A stretch of 63,514 nt of DNA, filler included, from Octopus bimaculoides (GCF_001194135.2; 5 parts of 5 records of this genome joined end to end with filler, not necessarily neighbours in it); one strand, 5' to 3'; shown: positions 41,440 to 54,095, counted from the whole stretch's first letter. The notes: generated by a model not told the origin, from the sequence alone. Made by a program: numbers and translations.

Positions 41440-41934
41440 TTCAATCCCGCAACCATAGGATGAATTTGATCAGATAAAATGCTTAAATAGTCTTGACTAT
41501 TAATTCTGCCATGAAGGGAAACCATTGGGCTGGCGGATTTCCAAGATATAGCCCCACCACCACCAGATCATCACAGATCCTCTTCTATGTTTAATAGTTG
41601 GAAGAAGGCTTCTTTTGGCTGTCTCCACACATATACTCGGCCAGTGGCCGGAAATAAGGTAAAGGATGACTCATCCAAGAAAATAACTCTAGGAACCAAT
41701 TCTGTAGGTTTTTACTCCACACTAAATGCTTTGCAACGTTTGTTTTGAAAGCAGTGGTTTTCTGATTGCAGCCCTCCCATTAAATCCGGCTTTGTGCAGC
41801 TCCCGGTGAACAGCTTTTGTGGAAACTGGGTTCTCGAGGTGGTCATTAAGCTCTGCAGTAATTTTGGGAGCGGTACTTTTGTGATCCTTTCTAACAATTC
41901 GCTGAGAGTCCAATGGTCCCTATCTGAAAGTTTT
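41440..41934 (-). mobile_element. Tc1 transposase internal fragment
   Basis: RIVRKDHKSTAPKITAEL...ELHKAGFNGRAAIRKPLLS...GRINSQDYLSILSDQIHP. Confidence 0.85.
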
Positions 41935-43108
41935 GGATTGTGACCAAATGAGGTTTATTTTTCAACATAATCCCCATTGCAGTCCACTCACTTCTTCCAG
42001 CAGTCTTGCAGTGCTTAGATCCAAATAGTGAACAAATTTTCTTCTTGTTAGTCAAAAAATCATCAACAGCAGATATGATAAATACTGCTGTTTTTTCCAA
42101 GCCAAGTGTTTTTTCATGTTGGGGAACAGATAATAGCCAGAGGGAACCAAATCAAGAGAATAGGGTCAGTGATCAACCAGTTCAAAGCAACAGTCATGCA
42201 CAGCAGCCATTGAAACCAGTTTTCCTTGGCATTTGGTCTTGATAGCCTTTTGCAGCTGCCTCAGCAAATCTGCATAGTACTCTCCATCGATGGTGTGGCC
42301 CTTTTGAAGATAGTCAATAAACACAATGCCTTTTGCATCACAAAAAAGATGAAGCCATCACCTTCCCTGCAGCTGATATGACCTTTTATGGAGTAGGTGA
42401 GGAGGAATTTTACCATTATATGGATTGTCTCTGGTTCAAAGTGATGACGCTAACACTCATCCTAGCTTAGAAGACATTCAAGGAAACCAGCTGGATCTGC
42501 CTCAAACACTGTCAGATTTTCCCATGATGTCATCATCCTGGTGCACTTTTGATCAGGTGTCAGAAGCTATGGCACCCACTGAGCAGAGAAACCTTCACCG
42601 TGCCAAGTTCATGGTGCAGAATATTCTCAACTCTCTCATGGGATATGTTAATAGCATTGACTATTTGATTTATAGTCAATCACCTGTCATCCATCACAAT
42701 GTGGTGAATATGATTAACGTTTTCCTCAGTGGTGGCAGTTGCAGGACACCCAAACCTTGGGTCATCTGCAAGACTCTCTCTTCTTCTAAATTCAGCTGCC
42801 CACTTTTACACTGTTGATAAAGCTGGAGTGTCATCTCCTAACGTAACAACCATGTCAGAATGAATGTTGTTGGGGTCTGAAGCCTTTTTCTGCAGGTACT
42901 TGATAACACCATAATGCCAGATTTTGTCCATTTTCAAGAGAGGTCACTACTAGTTACTATTGAAGTCTTTGAACAGCCAGATGTCAGTTTACCTGGAAAG
43001 AAACAATGCAGTTATTAATAAGAAAATATGAAATTAATGTACACAAAATTTGACAACACTAGCATCAATCTTTCATAGTCAGCCTATGAACTTTTCAGCT
43101 CACCCTCA
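41935..43108 (-). mobile_element. Near-full-length decayed mariner element with 5' TIR
   Basis: TIR TGAGGGTGAGCTGAAAAGTTCATAGGCTGAC next to TA at 43109-43110; MDKIWHYGVIKYLQK, QWVPxLLT, HHFEPET, KGIVFIDYLQKG, PYSLDLVPSGY, GDYVEK*. Confidence 0.85.
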
Positions 43109-44922
43109 TATATAATACACTTTTTGTAATTCTTTTTAGCCTGGAGGGAAACGAGTGGCCATGACTCTACACAGTGCCTCTGAGAATAGTAGGAGGAAGA
43201 TATCTTCAAACTGTTCACATTGTTTTGAATTAACCATGCATTCTCTTGTAGCTTTGAGATTTCGGCAACATGACTGTTAATTCTTAGAATGACATTGTAG
43301 AATAGCTATGAGAGGCTAGACCAAGCCAATTTGAACATAAAATAGGTTGAATATTTGGGCCAGATTAGACTGGTTTAAATGATAACAGATTAAAGGTACT
43401 CAAAATGCTAGACAGTGGTATTAAACGAGACAACTGATTCAGTCTACCACCCATGTAAGCTATGGAAGGACCTGAACTCAGATAGCAGAGTCAGAACCAA
43501 TACTGAAATGTATCTGGTCTGACGTTCTTAGAATTCTGCCAATCTGATGTCCTAGACTGGTATTTTTTATTGACCCCACAAAAGGATGAAAGGCAAAGTT
43601 AACCTCAAAAGAATTTGAATTCACAGCATCAAGTGTTGGAAGAAATCTGGCAATGCATTCTATCCAATATTCTACTAACTCTGCCGATTCATCACCACAA
43701 ATTGGCCACTTTTGAGATAAGAATACCAACCTGAACTGGTCCAGTGTGTATACAGGAAAGTTTCATCTGTTCAACCAATGGCTTCTTAAAGATTTTTGAA
43801 TTGAGTGACATAAACAAAAACCAAATAATCTCTGTTGGTTCTCAGGATGGTCACAGTTGAAACAACTTTGATTACAAGTCTACTGGATCAAGGTTGACCA
43901 GGGGCTAACAACAGATACAGTGAGATGACTTCAATGCCAGGAATAGTCCATTGTCTGTAGGAACATTGTAGATTTGGTGAATACCTTAAAAATTCCTATA
44001 CCACCAAAACGAATTCAGTAGGAATGTTAATGAAGAGAACTGATTTAATCAGATGTCATGAAAATTAATTTAACAACAGTGATGACAATGATGATGACGA
44101 TGATAACAACAATAACGACAAAGACAACAATAACAAGATTTTGTTGTTTTAAAGTTTAATAAATTGTTAAATTTCCTTTAAATATTTTCAGATTTTTTTG
44201 TTTTTTGTTTTAGTAATATATAAAAAAATTTATATAAATTAGACAAACTGCAATAACCAAATAATCTTTAGACATTGCTTCCATTTGTCCACGACACGAG
44301 GTTTTTCATACAGCTTGTTGTTTGTGTTATTTTTTTTATTAAGAGGAAAAAAAATTAAAAAAACAAAGGGTTTTTATTTTCTGATTTCATTAAAAAAGGA
44401 AACAATTTTACCAAAACAAAAGGGTTTGTGGTTTTTCTGTTGGTTAACTTTTTTTTAAAATTTACTATTTTCTTGTAAATATATATCTCTATATATTGAG
44501 AGCGGGTTAGAAAGATCGACTGAAGGAAAAAAAAAAAAAGAGGATGAAACAGTGAGAAAAAGTGGGGAACTGGAATGGGGTGTGGAAAATAGCAATAATA
44601 CAAAAATATGAAGACCCTTACAAAATCATGAGGGGATAATTATTGAAGTGGAATAACCAAGTGAAAGGGCTGAAGCTCACTGTTCAAGATTCATGGGAGT
44701 GGGGGCTACTATTTAGGAATGCAGAAAGGTTTTTTTTTGTTTTAACAAATGGCTGGGAAAGAAAAAGAGAATATGTTCTTATAAAGACCATAAAATACAC
44801 CACACATTGATACAGGGTGTAGCTTAGTACTGTTTTTATAATAAGTAAAGAACTAGCTTTGCTTGCAAAATTCAAGTTACTTGGTAAATCCAGCAAGCAA
44901 AAGTTAAAATATCTATTTTCTG

Positions 44923-45543
44923 CTATAAATTAACACTAAGAGAAGATGTGTTAAATTTTGTGACATTGTATTTATTAGTGGGAGGGGTTGCAAGGCAAGG
45001 GGTTCCTAAATTGTCCATGGCGGTATCATCGGCAGCCAAACCTACGTCTGTCGATGTTCTGTTATCAGAAGTGTTTGGCGTAAATGATGCTGATACAGTA
45101 GCAGCAGTTATAATAGTTGTTGAATCATTTGGATTTTCACCAACAGCTGAAAACTCAGAATCATAATTCATCAGTAAGTTTTGATTCATTTCTTCTGCCT
45201 GTGGCAATTCCTCATCCAAATGTATATCATCCAGTTTAGTCTTTGAAGAATCCATGTCTCTTTCACCAGGCATCGGGTTCTTATGTTCACTGATCTTAGA
45301 AGAATTGAGTTGATCCTCTTCTGAATCAAAGTTCAGATTCTCAGATCCACGGCGAGCCATGCTACTTTCTCTATTGCTGTATATATCAGCAATAGAGATT
45401 TTTGATTCACTTATTGGAGGCCAATTTGATTGCTCAGCTATTTCCTGCTCAATGGCAACATATTCACAGTTGGAAGATGGAAGTAAGCATTCACAGAGAT
45501 CGTGCATTTTCTTGCACAGGAACCTATTTTCAACGATGAATAA
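44923..45543 (-). CDS. Probable terminal coding exon of an unidentified protein (LFIVENRFLCKKMHDLCECLL..., then an acidic/Ser-rich disordered tail)
   Basis: Minus strand shows a pyrimidine tract and AG (ttttttatatttcttttcag|TTA) at 45545/45544. A 621-nt open frame follows to TAA at 44923, in non-repetitive sequence with natural amino acid composition. An AT-rich 3' UTR-like region follows. Phase-0 start. Confidence 0.75.
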   Translation of the reverse strand, partial: LFIVENRFLCKKMHDLCECLLPSSNCEYVAIEQEIAEQSNWPPISESKISIADIYSNRESSMARRGSENLNFDSEEDQLNSSKISEHKNPMPGERDMDSSKTKLDDIHLDEELPQAEEMNQNLLMNYDSEFSAVGENPNDSTTIITAATVSASFTPNTSDNRTSTDVGLAADDTAMDNLGTPCLATPPTNKYNVTKFNTSSLSVNL

Positions 45544-46036
45544 CTGAAAAGAAATATAAAAAATTATGTCAGTTCATACATTCTTTGAGAGACTTTGTGA
45601 TTCTTATAATGTCTATGGGAGATTTCAGGTTATAGTATAATGTAAGAATAAGATTTACCATGTAGAAATAGGTTAGTAACAGATTTTACTATGTAGAGAT
45701 GAATGGTAGCAAACTTTATCATAGCAATAGGTTAGTAACATATTTTATCATGTAGGGATTTATTAGCAACAGACCTTACAATGTAGAAATGACTTAGTAG
45801 CATACTTTACCATGTAGAAATGTGTTAGTGACTGGCTTTCTCACATAAGAATAGATTGAAACAATAAATTTAAACAAAGAGAAAAGATACTGCATTACCT
45901 TATATAAGTTGTTTAAAGATAATATAATGTTTCAGGAAAGATTTCCCTTTTCAAATAGAAGAAATAAAATAATCAAAGAGTTTGTAGAAATATGTTACCA
46001 GTAGACCATTCTAGTGTTTTGTAATAAGTTTTAGTG

Positions 46037-46362
46037 CAGAGGTTCTCAAACTTTTTGGGCCACCACCCAACTCATGGCTACATTATCCCCCCTGCACCCC
46101 CACCCTTATTTTTAAGTATAAATAAATATTTTATATTTTATTAATTTATATATACTGTGAATCATTTGATATTTAATATAACAATATATCATTTGTATAC
46201 AGTACTATAATATTATATTAAATTCATTGCATCCCACAATCCACTGCCTTCTTCCCAATGCCTCCTTTTTCTCTACCCCCACCCCCTTAGGGACCAGCAC
46301 CCACCTGGCTCATCTCAACGCCCACTGGGGGGGGGGGGGTAGCACCCACTCTGAGTGTATTG
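46037..46362. mobile_element. hAT/Charlie-like MITE remnant
   Basis: Starts CAGAGGTTCTCAAAC and ends with a degenerate CCCACTCTGAG. Confidence 0.45.
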
Positions 46363-46368
46363 TAATAA

Positions 46369-46468
46369 NNNNNNNNNNNNNNNNNNNNNNNNNNNNNNNN
46401 NNNNNNNNNNNNTTAATTAATTAANNNNNNNNNNNNNNNNNNNNNNNNNNNNNNNNNNNNNNNNNNNN
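46369..46468. other. Artificial scaffold-join linker
   Basis: N44-TTAATTAATTAA-N44. Confidence 0.95.
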
Positions 46469-46474
46469 GGTTGG

Positions 46475-46573
<99 letters not shown>

Positions 46574-47204
46574 CAGACAGATAGATAGATAGGTTCTAAG
46601 CAGTGTTGCAGGAGGTGAAGAAAAAAAAGTGGCGACGGTGAAGGAAGTAATTTTAATATAATTTAAAGGTGGGTTGGAGTGCAATGTTTGAGGCCAGAAG
46701 TCGGAGCTGCAGAGATGGAGAAAGCTGTCACAATCGAAGGATTTACGATTGTTATCTGCGAATGACAAGAAGCAAAGCCAATTTAGACGTCTAACATGTT
46801 GGGCGTGCCAGCGGTCGAGATTATTATTTGAGGGTGTAAGATTATAAGAGAGTCGAAAATGAGATTTCTTCTGAACTTATTTCTCTGCGAGTTTAGAAAG
46901 ATTTTTTTTTCTTCTTTTTCTCTTCGTTTCTTCTTATTTTTCTCCTCCTCCTCTTCCTTCTTCTTCTTCTGTTTCTTATTCTTCCTCTTGTTCTCAGAGC
47001 AAAAGCTAACTTTAAACTAGGCGAACTTACTGAACTGATGCAATCGGAAACTGTCTGCATTTTACTCCCTTCTTTCTCACTCTGGTCACATTAGTGGCGA
47101 GTGGGGGGCGAACGTATACAGATGGCATATGTATGTGTGTGTATACAATGCGTGTGTCTGTATGTGCGCATGTTTATATGTATAGATTATGCATGTATTC
47201 TTTC

Positions 47205-47628
47205 ATTCTTTCATTCTTTCATTCTTTCATTTGTTTCAGTCATTTGACTACGGCCATACTGGAGTAGCACCTTTAGTCGAACAAATCGACCCCAGGACTT
47301 ATTCTTTGTAAGCCTAGTACTTATTTTATTCGTCTCTTTTGCCGAACCGCTAGAATACGGAGACATTAACACACCAACATCAGTTGTCAAGCGATGGTNN
47401 NNNNNNNNNNNNNNNNNNNNGGGGGGGGGGGGGACAAACACAAACACAAACATATATATATATATACGACGGACTTCTTTCAGTTTCCGTCTACCAAATC
47501 CACTCACAAGGCTTTGATTGGCCCGAGGCTATAATAGAAGACGCTAGCCCAAGGTGCCACGCAGTGGGACTGAACCAGGAACCATGTAGTTGGTAAGCAA
47601 GCTACTTACCACACAGCCACTCCTGCTC

Positions 47629-47630
<2 letters not shown>
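47205..47630 (-). mobile_element. SINE family B, full length
   Basis: Reverse-complement match to 60813-61209. Confidence 0.85.
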
Positions 47631-47702
<72 letters not shown>

Positions 47703-48172
47703 ATACATGTTTGAATTTACAAACAAGAAAAGAGATCTGAGTATAGATTTTTAATTATATGTTGTGGTGCTGAGATTACTATCTGTTACTACTCAGAGTT
47801 TTACGATGTGAACAGCAATCATAGCGAAACTCAACAGTAACAGTTATCTCAGCACTGCAATATATGTGTGTGTGTTCATGAGCACATGTATGTATGTATG
47901 TATGTATGTACGTATGTATGTATGTATGTGTGTGGGTGTGGGTGTGTGGGTGTGTGGGTGTGGGTGCGTGTGTCTGATGTTGGTGTGTTTATCTCCCCGT
48001 AAATAACCGGTTCGCAAAAGACCGATATAATAAGTAACAGACTTACAACGAATAAGTTCTGGCGTAGATTTGTTCGACAAAAAGCGGTGCACCAGCATGG
48101 CCGCAGTCAAATGACTGAAACTAATAAAAGAATATATATATATATANNNNNNNNNNNNNNNNNNNNNTATAT

Positions 48173-48214
<42 letters not shown>

Positions 48215-48790
48215 GACATCAAAAATTCATAGATACCCACTTTCCACGTTAACACAAATATTCCAAGATCTTACATAGAAAGACAGTTAAAGTTATCTAT
48301 AGCTGCCCACACAAATAAGCTCGATGATCTTCAATCACAATAAGAACAATAACATTAGAAACAACCCACATAGATCTTGTAACAGTAGATTCTCCGATAA
48401 CTGTCCTCTGAATAATGTTTGTAGTAAAAAACAGGTTTACAAGGCCAATTCACTGGCATAGATGGAACCACAAAAACAAACATCGGGATTGCTGAAAATA
48501 CCTTCAAGGAAAGATACACGCAGCACTTTATTTCGTTTACAAATAAGAATATAAGACGCGACATTTTTGTTTAATATGGTTTGGAACCTTAAAGTAGACG
48601 ACCCCTAAATAAACTGGCGCATCATAGCCAAAACCATCAAATATAAGGAACGAGGCAGTAGATGCAATCTCTGTAGTACAGAGAAATTACATATCATAAC
48701 TTCACCAGCGAATATTTAGAACAGTAATAAAGAAACTTCCTCCCCGGATTTACACAAATAACAATCTAAACTGAGAAATCTCATGCATGA
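48215..48790 (+). mobile_element. Penelope-like element remnant (linker + GIY-YIG endonuclease)
   Basis: IDTHFP...KTVKVIYSC, CPLNNVC, IGIAENTFKERYTQH, WRIIAK, CNLCSTEKLHI across frames. Confidence 0.8.
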
Positions 48791-49947
48791 TCCCTCGTTG
48801 ATCTTCCTATCTATCAAGCCAGAATAAAGCTAATATATAATAATGTTAATATATATAATATTCATAATATACATAATAAAAATATACACTCTCTATTATT
48901 TCTCAGAAACTCATGCTTCAATTCAAAACTGTGAACATATATAATACATACATAAGACATCATACGATTTGTTAATTATATTTTCATGAGCATACAATTT
49001 CATAAACTTTTAAAAATTTTGTAAACCCCCAGAAAACGATCAGTATACACATGCATATACAGCCACAAAAGTGTAGGCACGTAACATATGCTGTATACAT
49101 ATAAACATCTGTAGTTTATTTTACTGACCCGAAAGGATGAAAGGTAAAGTTGGCTTCGGCTGTATTTGAACTCGGAATGTAAAGAGCGGGAAGAAATGGT
49201 GCTTTTGTTCGACGCAGTAATAGTTCTGTCAGCTCATTGCGTTTGAAGCAAAACTTAAGAGGCATTTCAAAGTTAATGTTAAATGGTATTAGCTTAAAAT
49301 CTATAAAGAATTATTGTCTACAATCAAAGAAATTTAGTTGTACGTAGGAAAAAATGGTTAAGTTTGAAGGATATAAATGTGTTGGGAAAAAAATCTTTCG
49401 ATATTTTATATTTAAAAAAATAAGAAGTTACAGAAAAGTAAATTATTAGTATGGTGAAGTAAAGTGGTGAAAATTTATATATCTAATAAAATGGAAGTTA
49501 CATTTCCTATAAGATAAAAATCGAAGGAACAGATAATTTAAAGCTAAGATGAATAATTATGAAAAACCCTTTGAAATTAAAGCAAGAAAATATTAGAGAA
49601 AAAAATTAAATAATAAACCAGTAAAAGGTTTTAAAATATCTAATTAAGTAAATTAAAGAATCTAAAATGAAAGTTATGTCTTAACTAATAAATACGGAAA
49701 GTGAAAAATTTTTATTGAATAAAGGAGGCAAGAACACTAGAAGGAAGTTATGTTAGAAAGTAACGGTTGTTGTTTAAAGTCTAAATTATAAATCGAGACA
49801 AAATCGATGTGAAAACACGTAAGATCGTTGAAAGAAATATATTAATTGTATAATTACATGATTGTAAGAGGACCTCTAGAATTGGAGGCTAACGGTTTAT
49901 GATCGTGTTTAGTTTAAACAAATTCAGAAGTTGTATCATATCATTTA

Positions 49948-50160
49948 AGGCGGCGAGCTGGCAGAATCGTCAGCACACCGGGAAAAATGTTTAGCGTCAT
50001 TTCGTCCATCTTCACGTCCTGAATTCATATTCCATCGACGTCGATTTTGCCTTTCACCCTTTGGGGTCGATTAAATGAGGACCAGTTGAGCACTGGGGTC
50101 GATATAATTGACTTATTCCCCTATCCCGAAATGCTGGTCTTGTACCAAAATTTGAAACCA
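49948..50160 (+). mobile_element. SINE family A
   Basis: GGCGGCGAGCTGGCAGAATCG head. Further diverged copies at ~31820-31899, ~43540-43700 and ~49110-49240 (all minus). Confidence 0.8.
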
Positions 50161-50452
50161 CTTGCTCGGACAAGTGTTTTCTACTGTACACCTTGTGTGT
50201 GTATTTGTTAGATGGAAATTGTTTGGCAGTCCTTCATACACATGTGTGTGCGTCTTTGTGTCTGTATTAGTCCCATCGCTTGACAACCAGTGTTTGCTTG
50301 TTTACAAGTCGGTGTAACTTACCATTACAGCTAAGTAGACCGATATAATAAGTACCAACCTTTAAAAAATAAATAACGGCCACGATCAGTTCATCTAAAA
50401 CTCTTCAAGCGGTGCTCTAGCATGGCTGCAGTCTAATGATGAAGCAAGATAA

Positions 50453-50509
<57 letters not shown>

Positions 50510-50736
50510 ATTATTGCTCCTAAATCTCTCAGCGAGAGACATTCAGTAACAGTACCTTAAAGTAAAGATTATTTGCCAACATAATGTGGCAGTCCTGGTT
50601 AGGACGAATGTTACTGTTGTTTAGCTCCAGTAGACATCGTCTCCAGCTAGCTATACGACACACTATCTGTGTCCTTATATTTTCGAACAGTGGAGTTTAG
50701 CACCCCCACCCAGTACAAAGCAGTATCAGATATATG

Positions 50737-50785
<49 letters not shown>

Positions 50786-50922
50786 GTGTGTGGCCGACCA
50801 CTGAGAATAAAAAGCGCAAAGATAATTCTGAGAATGAATAAAATATTTAATCTACAATCTTTTATTTTGTCGGGCAAACGACTATGCTTTAAGTATAATT
50901 TATCTGTGTGTATGTGTGGGCG

Positions 50923-50959
<37 letters not shown>

Positions 50960-52501
50960 GAATATATATGTATGTGTCTGTGTACATAGTTATATTTACA
51001 TGTGTATATATACTGCAATATACACGCACTTACATACGAAGCAATGACGATCAAAATAACGACGTGTACATTAACATTTAACATTGTCGTATACACGAGA
51101 ACGTGGAAGATATCCGAAGCAAGACTTTTGTCTCGGTGATAACCGAGCACTGAATGACGTCAGCAGACTTTCAGATACGTGTTTCGAGGTTATTATTCCT
51201 CCTCCCGGTTAGAATTTCTATACCTTAAAGTAAACAGCAAAACATACTTTACTGATGTGTAACTGCGGCTTTGTCACGTTGTAAGTTATTCATTATAAGT
51301 ACAGGAAACAGCGACAATGAAAATAATGAGGTGTACATCAGAACATAGAAGGCGTTCTGTACATCAGAACATGGAAGGCGTTCGCTGCGGTACTCTCGAC
51401 GCGGAGAAATATTTCTCTTTATAGATTTTGGAAATAAACTGAAACGTTGTCTTTCACTGAGGCGGCATAATCACGCTAAAACATGTGTCTGACAATCTGT
51501 TGATGCCACTCGGATCTCAGGTCGATGTGTTTCTATGAACCAAGGCTAGAAAATTTTCTCAGAGACAAGAGTCTCGCAGAGAACGTCTTCCATCTTCTAG
51601 TGTATAGAAGAGTATTAAATATATGTATACACACGCTGTTAATTTGATCGCCCCTACTTCGAGTGCTTATTATGAATTAACTACAAGTCAGCTACGCATA
51701 AGTACTCATCAGAAAATGTAATTTTTGATCTTTACATGAAGAAACGAAAGTTAGAACCGGGCTATGAATGACTGGGGCGGTGTCTTGTTATTGAGGGGGC
51801 CTAGTCACGCCGAAACACATATTTGGTATCCCGCTGGCGTTGTTCAGAACCCTGCCCGATGTGTTATATGCACGAAGTCAATAAAGAGAAACTTTTTTTT
51901 TCTATCCATAATTTCTCAACTCATTCATTCTGAAATTATTACGCGTGAGACTTGAAACAGTATTGTATAGGTTGTATGGTAAGTGTGTTCCTCAATCACA
52001 TGATTCCAGGTTCAGTACCGCTGCGTGGCACCATGGGCATGTGACTTCTACTATAACTCTGAGCCGACCAAATAAATACTGGGATCGATTCGTTCTACAA
52101 AAATTTTTCCAGGCGGTGCCCCAGTATGGCCGCAGTCTAATGACTGAAACAAGTGAAAGATAAAAGATAACTGGATATAACGCTTACAAAATTCGCAGAA
52201 AATTTCAATCAGGAGTCGCGATGAGAACAGTTGTACAGTGAGTCACAGTGCTACGATTAATTATATCGAGAACAACCTTGTATTTTAAGGATCGAATGGA
52301 TAACATGTCGATGAAATATCATTGTGGTGGAGTAGAGTGGGCTATACGTGATGAGTTTACCATGAGAATGAACTGTCATATACCACTACTTGGAATACTC
52401 TCTTCAGAACCAGATCCGTATTTAACGGCACACCGAGGCGAATTGTGCAGTCTTATCTGTAGGTGTGTTTTCCAGACAGTCGAAAAAACTGAGGTGATGT
52501 A

Positions 52502-52945
52502 CAGAGTAGGCCAAAAGTCACGCACCAAAACATTTTACATATATTACATTATTGTTATTATTATTCATTTAGTTCATGTACAAGTACGAGGTGGGGATGC
52601 TGAAAAGTTCTTGTCTTTAAGGGTGTCGCAAAAGGCCTGGTTGGGGGCTCAAACTTCCAAGCACTTTTACGGGGCTTAGAAAAATTGAAGGACTGCTGCA
52701 GTAACTGTTTGAATCAGAGAGGGGAATATATTGAATAAAATCATAATTAATTGATCCACCTGAATCTGAGAAGGAATAAAATCATATCCTGTATTTTCTT
52801 TCACTCAAAGCAGGAACTTTTCCGCACCCCTCGTACGTGCGTATTCATCGTTATTTTATTTAATTTTAGAAAAACTGAAGCATGTCTTCGAGGCAATCCC
52901 GGTGCGTATTGAATTTATTTTGTGCGTAACTTTTGGCCCACCCTG
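52502..52945. mobile_element. Tc1-type MITE (outer element)
   Basis: TIRs CAGAGTAGGCCAAAAGTCACGCAC / CAGGGTGGGCCAAAAGTTACGCAC, with TA on both sides. Confidence 0.85.
52587..52833 (+). mobile_element. mariner-derived MITE nested inside 52502-52945
   Basis: TIRs CGAGG..GCTGAAAAGTTC, TA duplication at 52585-52586/52834-52835, encodes GLEKLKDCCSNCLNQRGEYIE*. Confidence 0.85.
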
Positions 52946-53139
52946 TATTTCTCAAAAACAGAAAAACACCAGCAACAGATTCGGACTTCTTGCTTCTTGA
53001 CTAGATATTCCAGTTTCTTATCTCCTTCGCCATCTCACCTCTATGTCACCAAAGTAAGACCAATGCAGTCATCTACAAAATTGGTTTTGTTTTTAGAAAA
53101 CAAATCACTGCCGCTGCTACTCTCAGCATCTGAATATAA

Positions 53140-53400
53140 ATCAATCTCATCAGTCTTAACAATATTTGCTTGTGTCTACGCTGTTTTCTAAATCTTTCGG
53201 CCCCCATCACTCCAATAATTTTTCTTCTCTTTATCAATGACCTCCTGTCAATCACCAATAACCCCATAAGAATCTATACAGATGGTACAATATTCCATTA
53301 TCACACATCTTTTAAATTTAACTTACTATCTATCCACTTCAGTCTGACATTTTCATCGTCTTCTATCAACGTTGAATTTCACCGTTTTATACTATGGGCA
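53140..53400 (+). mobile_element. LINE RT remnant (CR1/Jockey-like)
   Basis: PIIFLLFINDLLSITNNPIRIYTDGT, a decayed equivalent of LF..YINDL...YADD. Confidence 0.65.
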
Positions 53401-53463
53401 TTTCTTTCACAATTTTGGTAATGCTTAATGACACCATACGTAAACGTTTCTTCTTTTAAAGAC

Positions 53464-53763
53464 TCACACCATATTCTTAATTATCATGATCGTCACCCAA
53501 TTTCCAATTTCCAAATGGCCTTTCGTGCAATCTTCGTTTTCTCGGCATTGCCAAAACCGGATCAATACTTTTTCCTTTAAAACTAACAAATATTTGTAAC
53601 CCTGGTCTAGCTTATTCTTTACAAAACCTTGATACATTCCACTATGGAAAGTAGTTTTAGTAACTAGAACAGCACGCCCGCTGTCATCATTGACATTGTA
53701 GATTGCATGCAAGAGATAAATATGCAATTTTCTTATTTGAGAAACCTTAATTTCCATTGTCAT
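53464..53763 (-). CDS. Candidate coding exon of unknown protein (MTMEIKVSQ...GYKYLLVLKEKVLIRFWQCRENEDCTKGHLEIGNWVTIMIIKNM)
   Basis: 300-nt non-repetitive ORF ending in overlapping donor sites (AATATG|GT|GTGAGT at 53470-53462). Pattern resembles either PH-domain strands or a FLYWCH-like GYxY...WxC-x5-C motif, and cannot be resolved by eye. Confidence 0.45.
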   Translation of the reverse strand: MTMEIKVSQIRKLHIYLLHAIYNVNDDSGRAVLVTKTTFHSGMYQGFVKNKLDQGYKYLLVLKEKVLIRFWQCRENEDCTKGHLEIGNWVTIMIIKNMV

Positions 53764-53930
53764 ACGGAAGCTGTCTTCGCTTCAGATGTTCTTTTTCTTA
53801 AAACTTCAAGCTAAACTTCAAGTCGAATCTAAATGTTCAAACTGCAGCCCGATTTCTAAACACCAGTGTGTTACTTTTCTCTGTAAAACTCGATCCGAGT
53901 ATTATATGAATCCCACTTTTTTTTTTTTTT

Positions 53931-54030
53931 NNNNNNNNNNNNNNNNNNNNNNNNNNNNNNNNNNNNNNNNNNNNTTAATTAATTAANNNNNNNNNNNNNN
54001 NNNNNNNNNNNNNNNNNNNNNNNNNNNNNN
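53931..54030. other. Artificial scaffold-join linker
   Basis: N44-TTAATTAATTAA-N44. Confidence 0.95.
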
Positions 54031-54064
54031 TTATATATATATATATATACATACATACATACAT

Positions 54065-54095
<31 letters not shown>

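Noticed and set aside
45899-45946. 48-nt AG...GT segment that could be the missing exon upstream of 45543
   Set aside because: Stop codons in all three frames.
51760-51830. CTATGA...stem...GCCGAAAC hammerhead-like string
   Set aside because: CUGANGA core is broken and there is no stem I or cleavage triplet.
52248-52679. 143-aa ORF
   Set aside because: Its 3' part reads through two MITE termini and the rest has no recognisable motif.
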